Source: Prevotella sp. (lineage in GTDB: Bacteria; Bacteroidota; Bacteroidia; Bacteroidales; Dysgonomonadaceae). Taken from it: DNA of 64,000 bases. The translations under genes were made by a program, and so were the position numbers. The stretch lies in contig JAITVV010000095.1 of the NCBI GenBank assembly GCA_031285625.1, positions 192,001-256,000 of the forward strand, read 5' to 3'. Each line of letters begins with the position of its first letter. Position 1 is the first letter of the stretch. A model generated the notes under the pieces. The model made no database searches and was not told where the DNA came from. It saw nothing but the letters and a program-made list of their open reading frames with translations. Of this stretch, positions 1-10,000 are shown one piece after another.

Positions 1-986
1 GCTGTTTTATCACCTATCGCAACTTCCATTGTAGAATATTCCCAGTCTGAAGCGCGGTTCTCATTTGTCTGGTATGAGATCATTGTCTCTCCTGTAGGGA
101 GCCGGAGCAGATAAGGTGCACCCATATACACACTGTCATCAATCTTTTGAGTCAATGAATAATTCCTGTTGAGCGAATCGACCAGTACGGGTTTCGACCA
201 GTTGTCTGAAAGCTTAGTGCGCACTGTGTATGGCTTAAATCTGTCGATGTTATTATCTTCTATAACTACAACTATTTCTTCACCTATAATACGGGCTACA
301 GGCATACCATCGCGTCTGTTCTGACGGAAACAAACCATCGTAGCTTCGCCCCATGTGGCTCCGTTATCTTTCGATTTCATAACAGATATTTCCTGCTCAT
401 CAGATTGCTGGTATGGATTCTCATTGGCAAAGTAAACCTGCACTTCACCATCAGGTAATTGCAGGAATGAAGGCTCCCAGCACCCATCGTGAAAACGTGG
501 TGCGGCATCATATAGCACCTGTTCGGGCAGCCAGCTTTTGCCATTATCCGTACTTCTTCTTATAGCTATCGAGAATGGTGCTATTTCAGCCTTTGCCGGA
601 CGATAGTTCGCCCCGGCAATAATATCACCGTTCTTTAATTGAATTATTTCGGCATTAGCCATATTTACCAGCGTGGATGCTCCATTATCGCCCTTGTGGG
701 TGAACTGTGAAAACACCCTGACAGGCTCAGACCAGGCTAAACCATTGTCGTAGCTGCGTTTATACTCTATGTTTCCTGTACGGGTTTCGTAGATAGCGAT
801 CAAAGAGCTATCCTGCATTCTTAGTAAACGCGGATATGCTCCCCTTTCGGCGATCTGCTGCATAGAACTATAGTCCCATGCTATACGGATATCATTATCC
901 CCACAGGAATCGTCTGCCGTTTTCTTTTCTGTCCGGCAGGCTGATAAACACAATATTGCTGATAAAAATAAGGCTGTATGCTTCAT
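1..986 (-). CDS. Asp-box (BNR) beta-propeller glycoside hydrolase lipoprotein, GH93/sialidase-like; 3' end runs off the window
   Basis: Manual translation from ATG 986: MKHTALFLSAILCLSAC (lipobox), YPRLL, three Asp-boxes (SYDNGLAW, STDNGKSW, SKDNGATW), GCWEPSF, RDGMP. Open to the window edge, so absent from the ORF track. Confidence 0.75.
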   Translation of the reverse strand, partial: MKHTALFLSAILCLSACRTEKKTADDSCGDNDIRIAWDYSSMQQIAERGAYPRLLRMQDSSLIAIYETRTGNIEYKRSYDNGLAWSEPVRVFSQFTHKGDNGASTLVNMANAEIIQLKNGDIIAGANYRPAKAEIAPFSIAIRRSTDNGKSWLPEQVLYDAAPRFHDGCWEPSFLQLPDGEVQVYFANENPYQQSDEQEISVMKSKDNGATWGEATMVCFRQNRRDGMPVARIIGEEIVVVIEDNNIDRFKPYTVRTKLSDNWSKPVLVDSLNRNYSLTQKIDDSVYMGAPYLLRLPTGETMISYQTNENRASDWEYSTMEVAIGDKT

Positions 987-1020
987 TATAATTATGTAAG
1001 GGACGTTAGTTACTTTATTT

Positions 1021-1111
1021 TCTCTGTCATCCTGAACGGAGTGAAGGATCTCTTAGCTTTTTCCCTTGAAAAATGGGTCGGGATCTTCCTATCGTCAGCA
1101 TGACAAAGAGA
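1021..1111. repeat. REP-like palindromic repeat, copy A
   Basis: TGTCATCCTGAACGGAGTGAAGGATCTC...CCTTGAAAAATGGGTCGGGATCTTCCTATCGTCAGCATGACA; its reverse complement closely matches copy E (55593-55676). Confidence 0.85.
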
Positions 1112-1148
1112 ATCTGTCATTAATTGCGATCCAATACCTGTTACCAAA

Positions 1149-2102
1149 TTATTTAATAACCAGTTTTGGTTTCAATATAGCTCCTGATATTTTCATTACC
1201 GGAACTTCATCATTCGTAAATGTAACATCTGATATATACATATCGCGTGGATGTATATTTTCCGGTGAACGGTGCGCATGAAAAACGATCTTCAATTGAC
1301 CTGCTTTGTCAGTAAACATGGCGCTGTGTCCTACTCCCACCAGACTGTCAGGTTTTTGCAGGATTGGGTTTTTGTCATATTTTGTCCACGGGCCCAGTGG
1401 TGATGATGAAGTGGCATAACCTATACCATAAAAAGGACTCTCATAGCTGTTGGCAGAATATGTAAGGTAATAAAGACCTTTATGTTTTGTTATAAAAGCG
1501 CCTTCGTTTACCCGTGGCCATATTTCTTCCCAAGGTTGAGATACATTGATACATTTGGTCAACGTTTCTTTCTTTATTGTTTCCAGATCGCTTTCGAGTT
1601 CTGCTACCCAGATATTAAGGCCATCATTGAAGCGGTCGAAATACATATATGGCTTGCCATCGTCATCAATAAAGAGTGTATTATCTATACATTTTTCATC
1701 TTCCAACATAGGCTTTTGTACAGTCTGAACAAACGGGCCAAGTGGGGAATCTCCTGTAGCTACGCAGATATGTTCATCAGCAGAGTAGTACATAAAGAAT
1801 TTATTCTTTTCCTTTATGTAATATACTTCCGGTGCCCAGAACCAGCGGTCGGCCCATGAGTCTTTTTTATTGAGAGCAAGTTGCGGTTCTTTCTTCCATA
1901 TTTTGAGATCGTCGGATGTGTAGACCTCTATACCATTATCAGAATTTGTACCATAGGCATAGTATACATCATCATGCAACATGATGAAAGGATCGGCCAA
2001 CGGGACAGATGTACTGTACTCAAAATCGCTTTTTTCGCTGCTGCTACACGACATAACGAAAACAGAGATAAAAAGCAGTACTAAGTAATGCAATTTTTTC
2101 AT
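1149..2102 (-). CDS. GH43 glycoside hydrolase lipoprotein (furanosidase/xylosidase type)
   Basis: ADPF, WAPEV, CIDNTLFIDDDG, NEG and GHS motifs of the GH43 five-bladed propeller; lipobox VMSC. Confidence 0.9.
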   Translation of the reverse strand: MKKLHYLVLLFISVFVMSCSSSEKSDFEYSTSVPLADPFIMLHDDVYYAYGTNSDNGIEVYTSDDLKIWKKEPQLALNKKDSWADRWFWAPEVYYIKEKNKFFMYYSADEHICVATGDSPLGPFVQTVQKPMLEDEKCIDNTLFIDDDGKPYMYFDRFNDGLNIWVAELESDLETIKKETLTKCINVSQPWEEIWPRVNEGAFITKHKGLYYLTYSANSYESPFYGIGYATSSSPLGPWTKYDKNPILQKPDSLVGVGHSAMFTDKAGQLKIVFHAHRSPENIHPRDMYISDVTFTNDEVPVMKISGAILKPKLVIK

Positions 2103-2118
2103 TTCTATAAATATTAAG

Positions 2119-2146
2119 AATCTCCGGCCCCGAAAGACCGGAGATT
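2119..2146 (-). terminator. Intra-PUL hairpin between susD and GH43
   Basis: AATCTCCGG...CCGGAGATT inverted repeat; G-U pairs favour the minus strand; short U tail. Confidence 0.55.
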
Positions 2147-2155
2147 TACTATTCT

Positions 2156-3763
2156 TTAATAGTTAGGGTTTTGACTAATATTCGAATTATTTTTCACTTC
2201 ACTGGACGGAATAGGTAAACAGCTATGGCGGTCTGCCTTGAAGTTGTTAAAATCAGGGTCGCGTGATTTTAATTCATCTATACCAGCCTGGTTGTCTAAT
2301 AATCCCCAGCGTTTGATATCACCCCAGCGATGTCCTTCGGTAGCCAGTTCGTGTACACGTTCCATTTGCAGTTGTTTGAGGAATGCATCTTTACCGGAGG
2401 CGGCAGCTGAATGGTTTACGGCCAATGCGGGCATATTCACCCTTGCCCTTACTGTATTTACATAACCTACTGCCGTAGATACACTACCACCTGATTCGAC
2501 AATACATTCTGCGTACATTAACAGTACATCGGCAAAACGGATAAGCCTTACATTTGTCTTATTATAGTAGTCATCGTAGTCACGATAATAATCTGCTCCA
2601 TATTTGCGGAAGAATACACGTCCTTTCCAGTTATCCAATCCCCATGTATCTACGTCAGGATTAGCATTGCCATTTTCTCCTGTTTTCTGGAATCCGCTAA
2701 GCCTTCCATAGATTCTGTCATTATTTGGGAAATCATTATGCATTTCTTCATAGAATGCTGTATACTTCAAGCGGATATCATAACCTCCGTTCACATCTTT
2801 TTCTTTCTTGAATTCTTCTATCAACCAAGGACGTAGTTCACCATCTGTCCAGCCTATACTTGGAGGAGCAAAAAACTTACCACGGTTGAGTCCTAAGTTC
2901 GGGTCTACATCATAGTCTCCATCTCCTGCAGGTGATCCGTAAATATCTGAATATTGGATTTCGAAAACCGATTCGATATTATTCTCATTACCATTGAAGT
3001 TGTCAAAATAATTTGTAGTCAATCCATAATATTTTCTTCCTTCACCTTCTACAAGCCAGTGCAAATCAGCCTTAGCTTCTTCCCATTTATGCATTTGCAT
3101 ATATACTTTTGCTCTGAAAGCATAAGCTGCACCTTTTGTTGCACGTCCTTTCTCGTCACCGGTCCATTCTTCAGGCAGGTATTTTACAGCTTCTGTAAAG
3201 TCTGCAATCGCCTGTTCGTAAACTTCGGTACCTGTATGTCCTTCAGGTCTCATTGCAGGAGTAGAAGGTTCCAGTATTATGGCAAGGCTTTTCTCATTAC
3301 TTCCCCATAACAATCCTAAGTAGTAATAATATAATCCTCTAAGGAAATGTGCCTGTGCCAATATTTGATTTTTGTTATTCTCGTCTTTGAATTCTATATC
3401 CGGTACATAATGCAATACCTGATTGGCACGGAATATAGCTCTGTAGCAAGCACCATAAGTGCCTGAGTTACCTTCTCCAAAATTATAATTATTGTAAGTA
3501 AACCTGGTCCATTCCTTTAGTTCTGCCCATGGACTCTCACTACATCCTTCATCAGATGTGAGGTCGAGCCTGAACCACATCCACCGGCTAAAAGTATCAG
3601 GTTTGTAAAAATAATTGTAAACTGCATTGATTCCGTTTTTAGCATCATTTTCTGTTTTCCAGAATGACTCAACCGTAGTTGTATTTGGATTTTCCACGTC
3701 TACATCACAGCCTGTGAGGAATAGTGCAGATAGGAAAAAGAATATATATATAATTTTTTTCAT
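2156..3763 (-). CDS. susD: SusD/RagB family glycan-binding lipoprotein
   Basis: Lipobox LTGC; GRATKGAA, ESVFEIQY, IRFADVLLMYAE, ERVHELATEGHRWGDIKRW, PIP...QNPNY. Confidence 0.95.
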   Translation of the reverse strand: MKKIIYIFFFLSALFLTGCDVDVENPNTTTVESFWKTENDAKNGINAVYNYFYKPDTFSRWMWFRLDLTSDEGCSESPWAELKEWTRFTYNNYNFGEGNSGTYGACYRAIFRANQVLHYVPDIEFKDENNKNQILAQAHFLRGLYYYYLGLLWGSNEKSLAIILEPSTPAMRPEGHTGTEVYEQAIADFTEAVKYLPEEWTGDEKGRATKGAAYAFRAKVYMQMHKWEEAKADLHWLVEGEGRKYYGLTTNYFDNFNGNENNIESVFEIQYSDIYGSPAGDGDYDVDPNLGLNRGKFFAPPSIGWTDGELRPWLIEEFKKEKDVNGGYDIRLKYTAFYEEMHNDFPNNDRIYGRLSGFQKTGENGNANPDVDTWGLDNWKGRVFFRKYGADYYRDYDDYYNKTNVRLIRFADVLLMYAECIVESGGSVSTAVGYVNTVRARVNMPALAVNHSAAASGKDAFLKQLQMERVHELATEGHRWGDIKRWGLLDNQAGIDELKSRDPDFNNFKADRHSCLPIPSSEVKNNSNISQNPNY

Positions 3764-3782
3764 TTTTGTAAGTATTTATATG

Positions 3783-6767
3783 TTAGAATGAAATCTGAGC
3801 CCCGAAAGTAATAGTACGAGGGTTTGGAAATGCTCCGCCATCATAACTTCTTTCCCAAAGGTTTCCGTTTAAGAATTCAGGATCGAGTCCTTTATATGAA
3901 GTAAATGTGATCAGGTTCTGCGCATTTACATATAAACGTGCACTATTGATTACTTTACCTAAAACCGATTTAGGAATATTGTAACCCAGAGCCATTTGTT
4001 TTACTTTCAGATAATTTCCGTTTTCTAACCAACGATCCTGATCGCCACGTACATTGCGTGAATCACCATAGATAGGGCGCGGATCTTTTGCATTTGGATT
4101 TTCCGGAGTCCAAGGATCATAGTCGGTACGGTAGTTCGAGTTATCATCGAAACGATCGTATGCGCTGCGAGGACCATTAAATATTTTGTGACCGAATGCG
4201 CCTCCCATTTGTACCTGAAAATCAAAATCTTTATAACGGAAACCAAGATCAATGCCCAATTCATATTTAGGCATATTTTCGCCACAATACTGACGGTCTG
4301 CATCTGTAATCTGTCCGTCATCATTAAAGTCTACATATTTAACGTCTCCCGGTTTTGCATCCGGCTGGATAAGTTTGCCTTCGCTGTTTTTATGAGCCTG
4401 AACTTCTTCTTCGGAACGGAAAAGGCCTGCAGTTTTTATCAGATACCATTGCCCTATAGATTCACCAACCTTAGATTTTGTATCCCATTGGTCAAATTCC
4501 TCCAAATCGTAACCGATCTTAGTTAATTTATTTTTAAGGAAAGAACCGTTGACACCTATGCTGTAATCCATATCTTTTCCGATATTGTCTTTCCATGTAG
4601 CAGCCAGTTCAAAACCTGTATTCCGGATAGAAGCGGAGTTAACCCAAGGATTTTCCCCACTGTGTCCTGTTGATAAAAGAACAGGCATGCGGGTTAAGAT
4701 ATCTGTAGAGTTCTTTATAAAGAAGTCTGCTGTAACTCCCAGTCTGTTTTTTAATAAAGAAGCATCAATTCCGGCATTAAACTGGGCCATTTCTTCCCAT
4801 TTCAGGTCTTTATTTACAAGGGCTGACTGTATCATACCACTTTGTGCCTTATCACCGAAAGCTACCTGAGGATATAAATTTATAAGCTCGATATAATCAT
4901 AGTATCCATTATTGGATGTACCCAGAACTCCATAATTGGCTCTGATCTTCAGATCATCTATCCACGAAACATTAAAGAATTTTTCGTTGCTGATACGCCA
5001 TCCTCCCGAGAATGAAGGGAAATATCCAACCCTGTAGTCCTTCGCAAATTTGGAAGACTCATCGCGTCGTACCGTTACACTGAGAAGATAACGATCGTCG
5101 AATGTATAATTAACGCGACCAAAAACAGAAAATAGTTTTGATTTTTCCAAATAGCTTCCTGTCTTGGCTCCCGATAGGGCAGCATCCAGCTGCTCGAAAT
5201 ATTCCGTACCGTTCATCAGAACGTCATTCTTAGTGCCCCATAGGCGTTCGTAGTTAGTATCCTGATAACTAACCCCCAGAACAGCACTTATATCATGTTT
5301 GCCAAATGTTTTGTTAAACTCTAAGGTATTGTCAAACACAAGGTTGTGCGACTGAGCCTGTCTGCGTGTCAATATAGACGGGTCATATGACTGATTGTAT
5401 GTCCAGTCACCTTCTTTGCGCAGATATTTATATTTATCGTTGCTATAGTCGAATCCGAAATTAAATCTGTACTTAAACATTTTAAGGACTTCCAGTTCGC
5501 TGAATGCATTTCCACGAATACGTAAGTTGCTGTTGCGTGTGTCTTCCAGATCTTCTTTAGCTACCGGGTTTACACCAAAGGTAACATCACGGTTACCGTC
5601 ACCGTATCCATATCCGCCTTTTGTATTATTCGGGTCATATACAGATATTGTAGGTAACATACGGTATACATCAATAATAGGGTTGGTATTCAGTTCATTC
5701 ACCCCAAAGTGGCTCAATACTATATTTTCACCTACACGGAACGTTACATGATCGCCAAAATTACGTGTCGAAGATGTGTTTGCTCTCAATGTAAAACGTT
5801 TACTATCGGCTCCGATTGTTGTACCTGAATTGCCTTGATAGTTAGCTGAAATAAAATAACGGCTGTTGTCAGCACCTCCTGAGAAAGAGATGTTGTGATC
5901 CTGTACGATACCTGTTTTGAACACTTCTTTCTGCCAATCAGTATTTCCATCAAAGTGGTTTGCAGGGGATTTCCCTGCATTTGTAAATGCCAGGTCGTTC
6001 AGTTTTATCCATTGGTCGCGGCCGGTCAGGTCGTATTTAGGCAGCCACTGAAGAGATAAGCGGGACGATACATCTATTTTCATGTCGCCCTTCTTACCTT
6101 GTTTGGTCGTGATAATGATAACTCCATTACCTGCACGTGAACCGTAGATAGCTGCTGCTGACGCATCTTTCAATACCTGCACGCTTTCGATGTCGTTGAA
6201 GTTGAAGTCGCGGTTACCACCCGATACCACCCCATCAACCACATATAGCGGATCCGAGTTTCCGAAAGTACCTGTACCACGGATTACGACTTTACCCTCG
6301 CTACCGGGATTACCTGCTGTGCGTACGTTCAAGCCAGGGAGCGTACCCAATGCATCCCCTATGGTCCCACTTACAATAGTGTTTTTCATCTGATTAGGAT
6401 TAAACACAGATACAGCTCCTGTAAGGTCAGCTTTTTTGATGGTCTGATAACCGATCACCACCACTTCCTCCAAGTGTCTGTCGTCTGTAGCTAGAGTCAC
6501 ATTTAGTGTAGGTTGCCCTGTGTACTCGATTTCCTGTGATGTCATCCCCACAAGGGAAAACACCAGAACCTGATTTTGTGACGCATTGATCGAATATACT
6601 CCATCAACATCGGTAATGGTACCTTTGGTTGTACCCTTGATGATGACGCTTACTCCGGGAAGAGGCTCGTTGGTATCATCCAACACTTTCCCTCTTACCT
6701 CTACATCCTGTCCATATGCAACTAATGAACAGACCGCAAATAGTAGAAATAAAATTCTCTTTAACAT
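3783..6767 (-). CDS. susC: SusC/RagA TonB-dependent transporter
   Basis: N-terminal carboxypeptidase-like domain, plug motif LKDASAAAIYGSRAGNGVIIITTK, LKWEE, C-terminal PNPRTITFGAQISF. Confidence 0.97.
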   Translation of the reverse strand: MLKRILFLLFAVCSLVAYGQDVEVRGKVLDDTNEPLPGVSVIIKGTTKGTITDVDGVYSINASQNQVLVFSLVGMTSQEIEYTGQPTLNVTLATDDRHLEEVVVIGYQTIKKADLTGAVSVFNPNQMKNTIVSGTIGDALGTLPGLNVRTAGNPGSEGKVVIRGTGTFGNSDPLYVVDGVVSGGNRDFNFNDIESVQVLKDASAAAIYGSRAGNGVIIITTKQGKKGDMKIDVSSRLSLQWLPKYDLTGRDQWIKLNDLAFTNAGKSPANHFDGNTDWQKEVFKTGIVQDHNISFSGGADNSRYFISANYQGNSGTTIGADSKRFTLRANTSSTRNFGDHVTFRVGENIVLSHFGVNELNTNPIIDVYRMLPTISVYDPNNTKGGYGYGDGNRDVTFGVNPVAKEDLEDTRNSNLRIRGNAFSELEVLKMFKYRFNFGFDYSNDKYKYLRKEGDWTYNQSYDPSILTRRQAQSHNLVFDNTLEFNKTFGKHDISAVLGVSYQDTNYERLWGTKNDVLMNGTEYFEQLDAALSGAKTGSYLEKSKLFSVFGRVNYTFDDRYLLSVTVRRDESSKFAKDYRVGYFPSFSGGWRISNEKFFNVSWIDDLKIRANYGVLGTSNNGYYDYIELINLYPQVAFGDKAQSGMIQSALVNKDLKWEEMAQFNAGIDASLLKNRLGVTADFFIKNSTDILTRMPVLLSTGHSGENPWVNSASIRNTGFELAATWKDNIGKDMDYSIGVNGSFLKNKLTKIGYDLEEFDQWDTKSKVGESIGQWYLIKTAGLFRSEEEVQAHKNSEGKLIQPDAKPGDVKYVDFNDDGQITDADRQYCGENMPKYELGIDLGFRYKDFDFQVQMGGAFGHKIFNGPRSAYDRFDDNSNYRTDYDPWTPENPNAKDPRPIYGDSRNVRGDQDRWLENGNYLKVKQMALGYNIPKSVLGKVINSARLYVNAQNLITFTSYKGLDPEFLNGNLWERSYDGGAFPNPRTITFGAQISF

Positions 6768-6940
6768 GTTTCTAGATTTTGGTTGTTATAATAGGTTAAC
6801 TAATTATTTATGTTTAGAATAAATAATGATTAATTTCCCGCAATTTATTTTTGTATAGATTTTTGAAGTATTATATTCATACTATGGTATTAGTTCAGAT
6901 CAAATCAAAGGTTACATGCAAGTATTCCTTTTTCTTTAGC

Positions 6941-7005
6941 CAAAAGTAATATGAGTAACCAAAGCCAAAGAGTACTTTTGGGTAAAAAAAGAGTAAAAAT
7001 AAGTA
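6941..7005 (-). promoter_or_regulatory. susC promoter (-7 element TACTTTTG) with upstream direct repeats, putative HTCS site
   Basis: CAAAAGTA at 6941-6948 reads TAnnTTTG on the minus strand; AAAGAGTA occurs at 6967 and 6988 (21 bp apart). Confidence 0.5.
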
Positions 7006-7099
7006 CAGGAGCTGAAACGCCTGTTTTTTACCATTAATTGACTATTTTTTACCATAAAATATGAATCCTGAAAATAGAATATCATATAACTTTACGCTT

Positions 7100-10000
7100 A
7101 TGAAAAGCATAAGACTACTTTTTACCTTTTTTTTACTCATATTTTGCACCTCAAATCTTTTATCACAGGAAAATTCCAATTTCCATTTCAAAAAGATCCA
7201 GGTAGATGACGGGTTGTCCGAAAGTGCAATATATTGTATTATGCAGGACATGAAAGGTTTTATGTGGTTTGGTACCAAAGACGGGCTGAACAGGTACGAT
7301 GGTTATAATTTCCGCATATTCAGGAATAATCCACATAATACACAGTCGATAGGCAACAATTTTATCCGCTGTATAGCCGAGGGAGGTACCAATACATTAT
7401 ATATAGGAACAGATGCCGGACTGTATATAATGAATACGATAGATGAAAGTTTTAGTAAAGTAACCATGAAAACCGATAAGGGAATTGATGTGACCTCTGC
7501 TGTGAATGCTTTACATGTAGATAAAAATGGTAATGTATGGATCGGTAGTATGACACAGGGGATATTTATATATAATCCTAAAGGTCAGGTGCTAAAAGCC
7601 GTGGAGCTGGAAAAATACCATCTGGGACAAAATGCGGCATGGTCTATCATCAGTGATAAGTCGGGAACCATCTGGGTAGGAACCCGCCTGGGGCTACTCA
7701 GGTATAATGCTAATACAGAAAAGCTGGAGGCTATAGAAGGTATGTTCAGCACACAGGATAATTCCAAGCACGAAATACTATGCATACTCGATGACGATAA
7801 AGGTAATCTGTGGCTGGGAACATGGGATGATGGGATGCGACTGTACAATAAGCAAACAAATGAATATATCTCATTATATGGATTAGATTCCAGATCATAT
7901 TATATCACACATGTACGCTCTATATTTCAATATACGGATAAATCCCTGCTTATCGGTTCTGATGATGGTCTGTACCTGTTCGATCTGGAGAAAGAAATCA
8001 TCAAGCGGGTAGATGTGCCACAACTAACCCACAGCCTCAGCGACCAGAATATATATTCCATAGCCAAGGACAGGGAAAATGGTATCTGGATAGGTACATA
8101 CTTTGGCGGGGTCAACTATCTGAACACTTCGCTGATAAATATAGAAACATATTATCCCGATGTGGTACATGGCCTGCTGTCGGGTAAGGCTGTGAGCCAG
8201 TTTTGCGAAGATGATGCAGGCAATATATGGATTGCTACCGAAGATGGTGGTGTCAACTTTTTTGATACAAAAACGAAAAAGATAACCCAGCCTATACAGA
8301 CAACGTATCATAATACGCATGCTTTACTCTTTGATAACGAGAACCTGTGGATTGGTACATTTTCACGGGGGATTGATGTTTACAATACGCGTACAAAGTC
8401 GCTTATCAATCTTCGCAATAGCGCCAAAGATGAAAACACACTGAATGACGATTGTATTTTTTCACTCTATAAAACGAAGAAAGGAGATATCTATGCCGGA
8501 ACTCCGGTTGGGTTGAATAAATATAACCGGAATGATAACAGCTTTACCCGCATAACAGAAGCCAACGGATTTATTTATGATATGAAGGAGGATGATTATG
8601 GTAATCTCTGGGTAGCTACATATGGCTTGGGTGCATTGAGGCTGGATATAAAAAATAATAAATGGATAAATTACGATACTATACAGAGCCGAAACAACCC
8701 GATTGTAGGCAGTAAACTGACTGGTATATACATCGATAATAAGAAAAGAGTGATATTTTCGAGTGAAGGACGTGGTATCTTTATCTATGACTACAAAACC
8801 GATAACTTCAAGAATATATCGGAAGTAGACGGACTGCCGAATAATGTGATTTACGGTGTGCTCGACGATCCGTTTGGTAACCTGTGGATTAGCAGCAATA
8901 AGGGGCTGGTCTGTTTCGATACATCCAATCCTAGAGATTTTAAACTGTATAATAAGGCCGATGGATTACAGAGTAACCAGTTTAACTACAAGTCGAGCTA
9001 TAAAACCCGTGATGGCAAATTCTACTTCGGGGGTATAAACGGATTCAACAGTTTTTTTCCAAAAGACCTGAGCGAGAGCAAGAATCGCATTGTACCATCT
9101 ATTGAGATAACACAAATAAACCTTCTGGACAACTCTGACCCTGAACTCGAAAAAGAAATACAGACCAATCTGAATAAAAAAGAACAGATAGAACTACCAT
9201 ATAACAAATCGTCATTTACCATCTCTTATGTGAGCCTTAGCTATATATCGCAGGCAAAGAACCAGTATGCCTATAAGCTGGAAGGGGTGGATACGGAATG
9301 GAACTATGCAGGGAATAATAAAAGTGTTACCTATGTGAGCCTCTCGCCGGGTAAATACTTATTTAAAGTAAAAGCCTCAAATAACGATGGTCTGTGGAAC
9401 GATCAGGGAACGGAGATAGAGATTGAGATACTCCCTCCGTTCTGGCTATCATTACCTGCCAAGATGTTTTATTTACTTATAAATCTGCTGATTGTGTATT
9501 TTATTGCATCATATTATCTAAAGAAGACGAAACAGAAACAACAGCAGCAGTTAGAAAACTTCAAGACAGAGCAGGAAACGCTTGCCTTCAAGTCTAAGAT
9601 AGAATTCTTTACCACTATTGCACACGAAATACGTACGCCGTTGAGCCTTATCAGCGCTCCGTTGGAGGAAGTGATTTCGTCAGGAGAGGGTAGTAATCAA
9701 ACACATCAGAACCTGTCTATTATAGAAAAAAATTGTGACAGGCTGACCATACTTATTAATCAGTTGTTAGACTTCCGTAAGATGGATTCGACAAAATATA
9801 TTGTCAATCCTGAGATAATCGACCTGAGAAACCATATCAACGAATTGTTTGAACGGTTTAAAAAAACGGCTCAGAATAAGAAGATAGACTTTGATTTGCA
9901 AATGCCTGCCGATGGTGACTTTGTAGTAGTATCGGACGAGGATGCACTGACCAAGATTATTGGCAACCTGCTTACCAATGCACTGAAGTTCACAAAAGAT

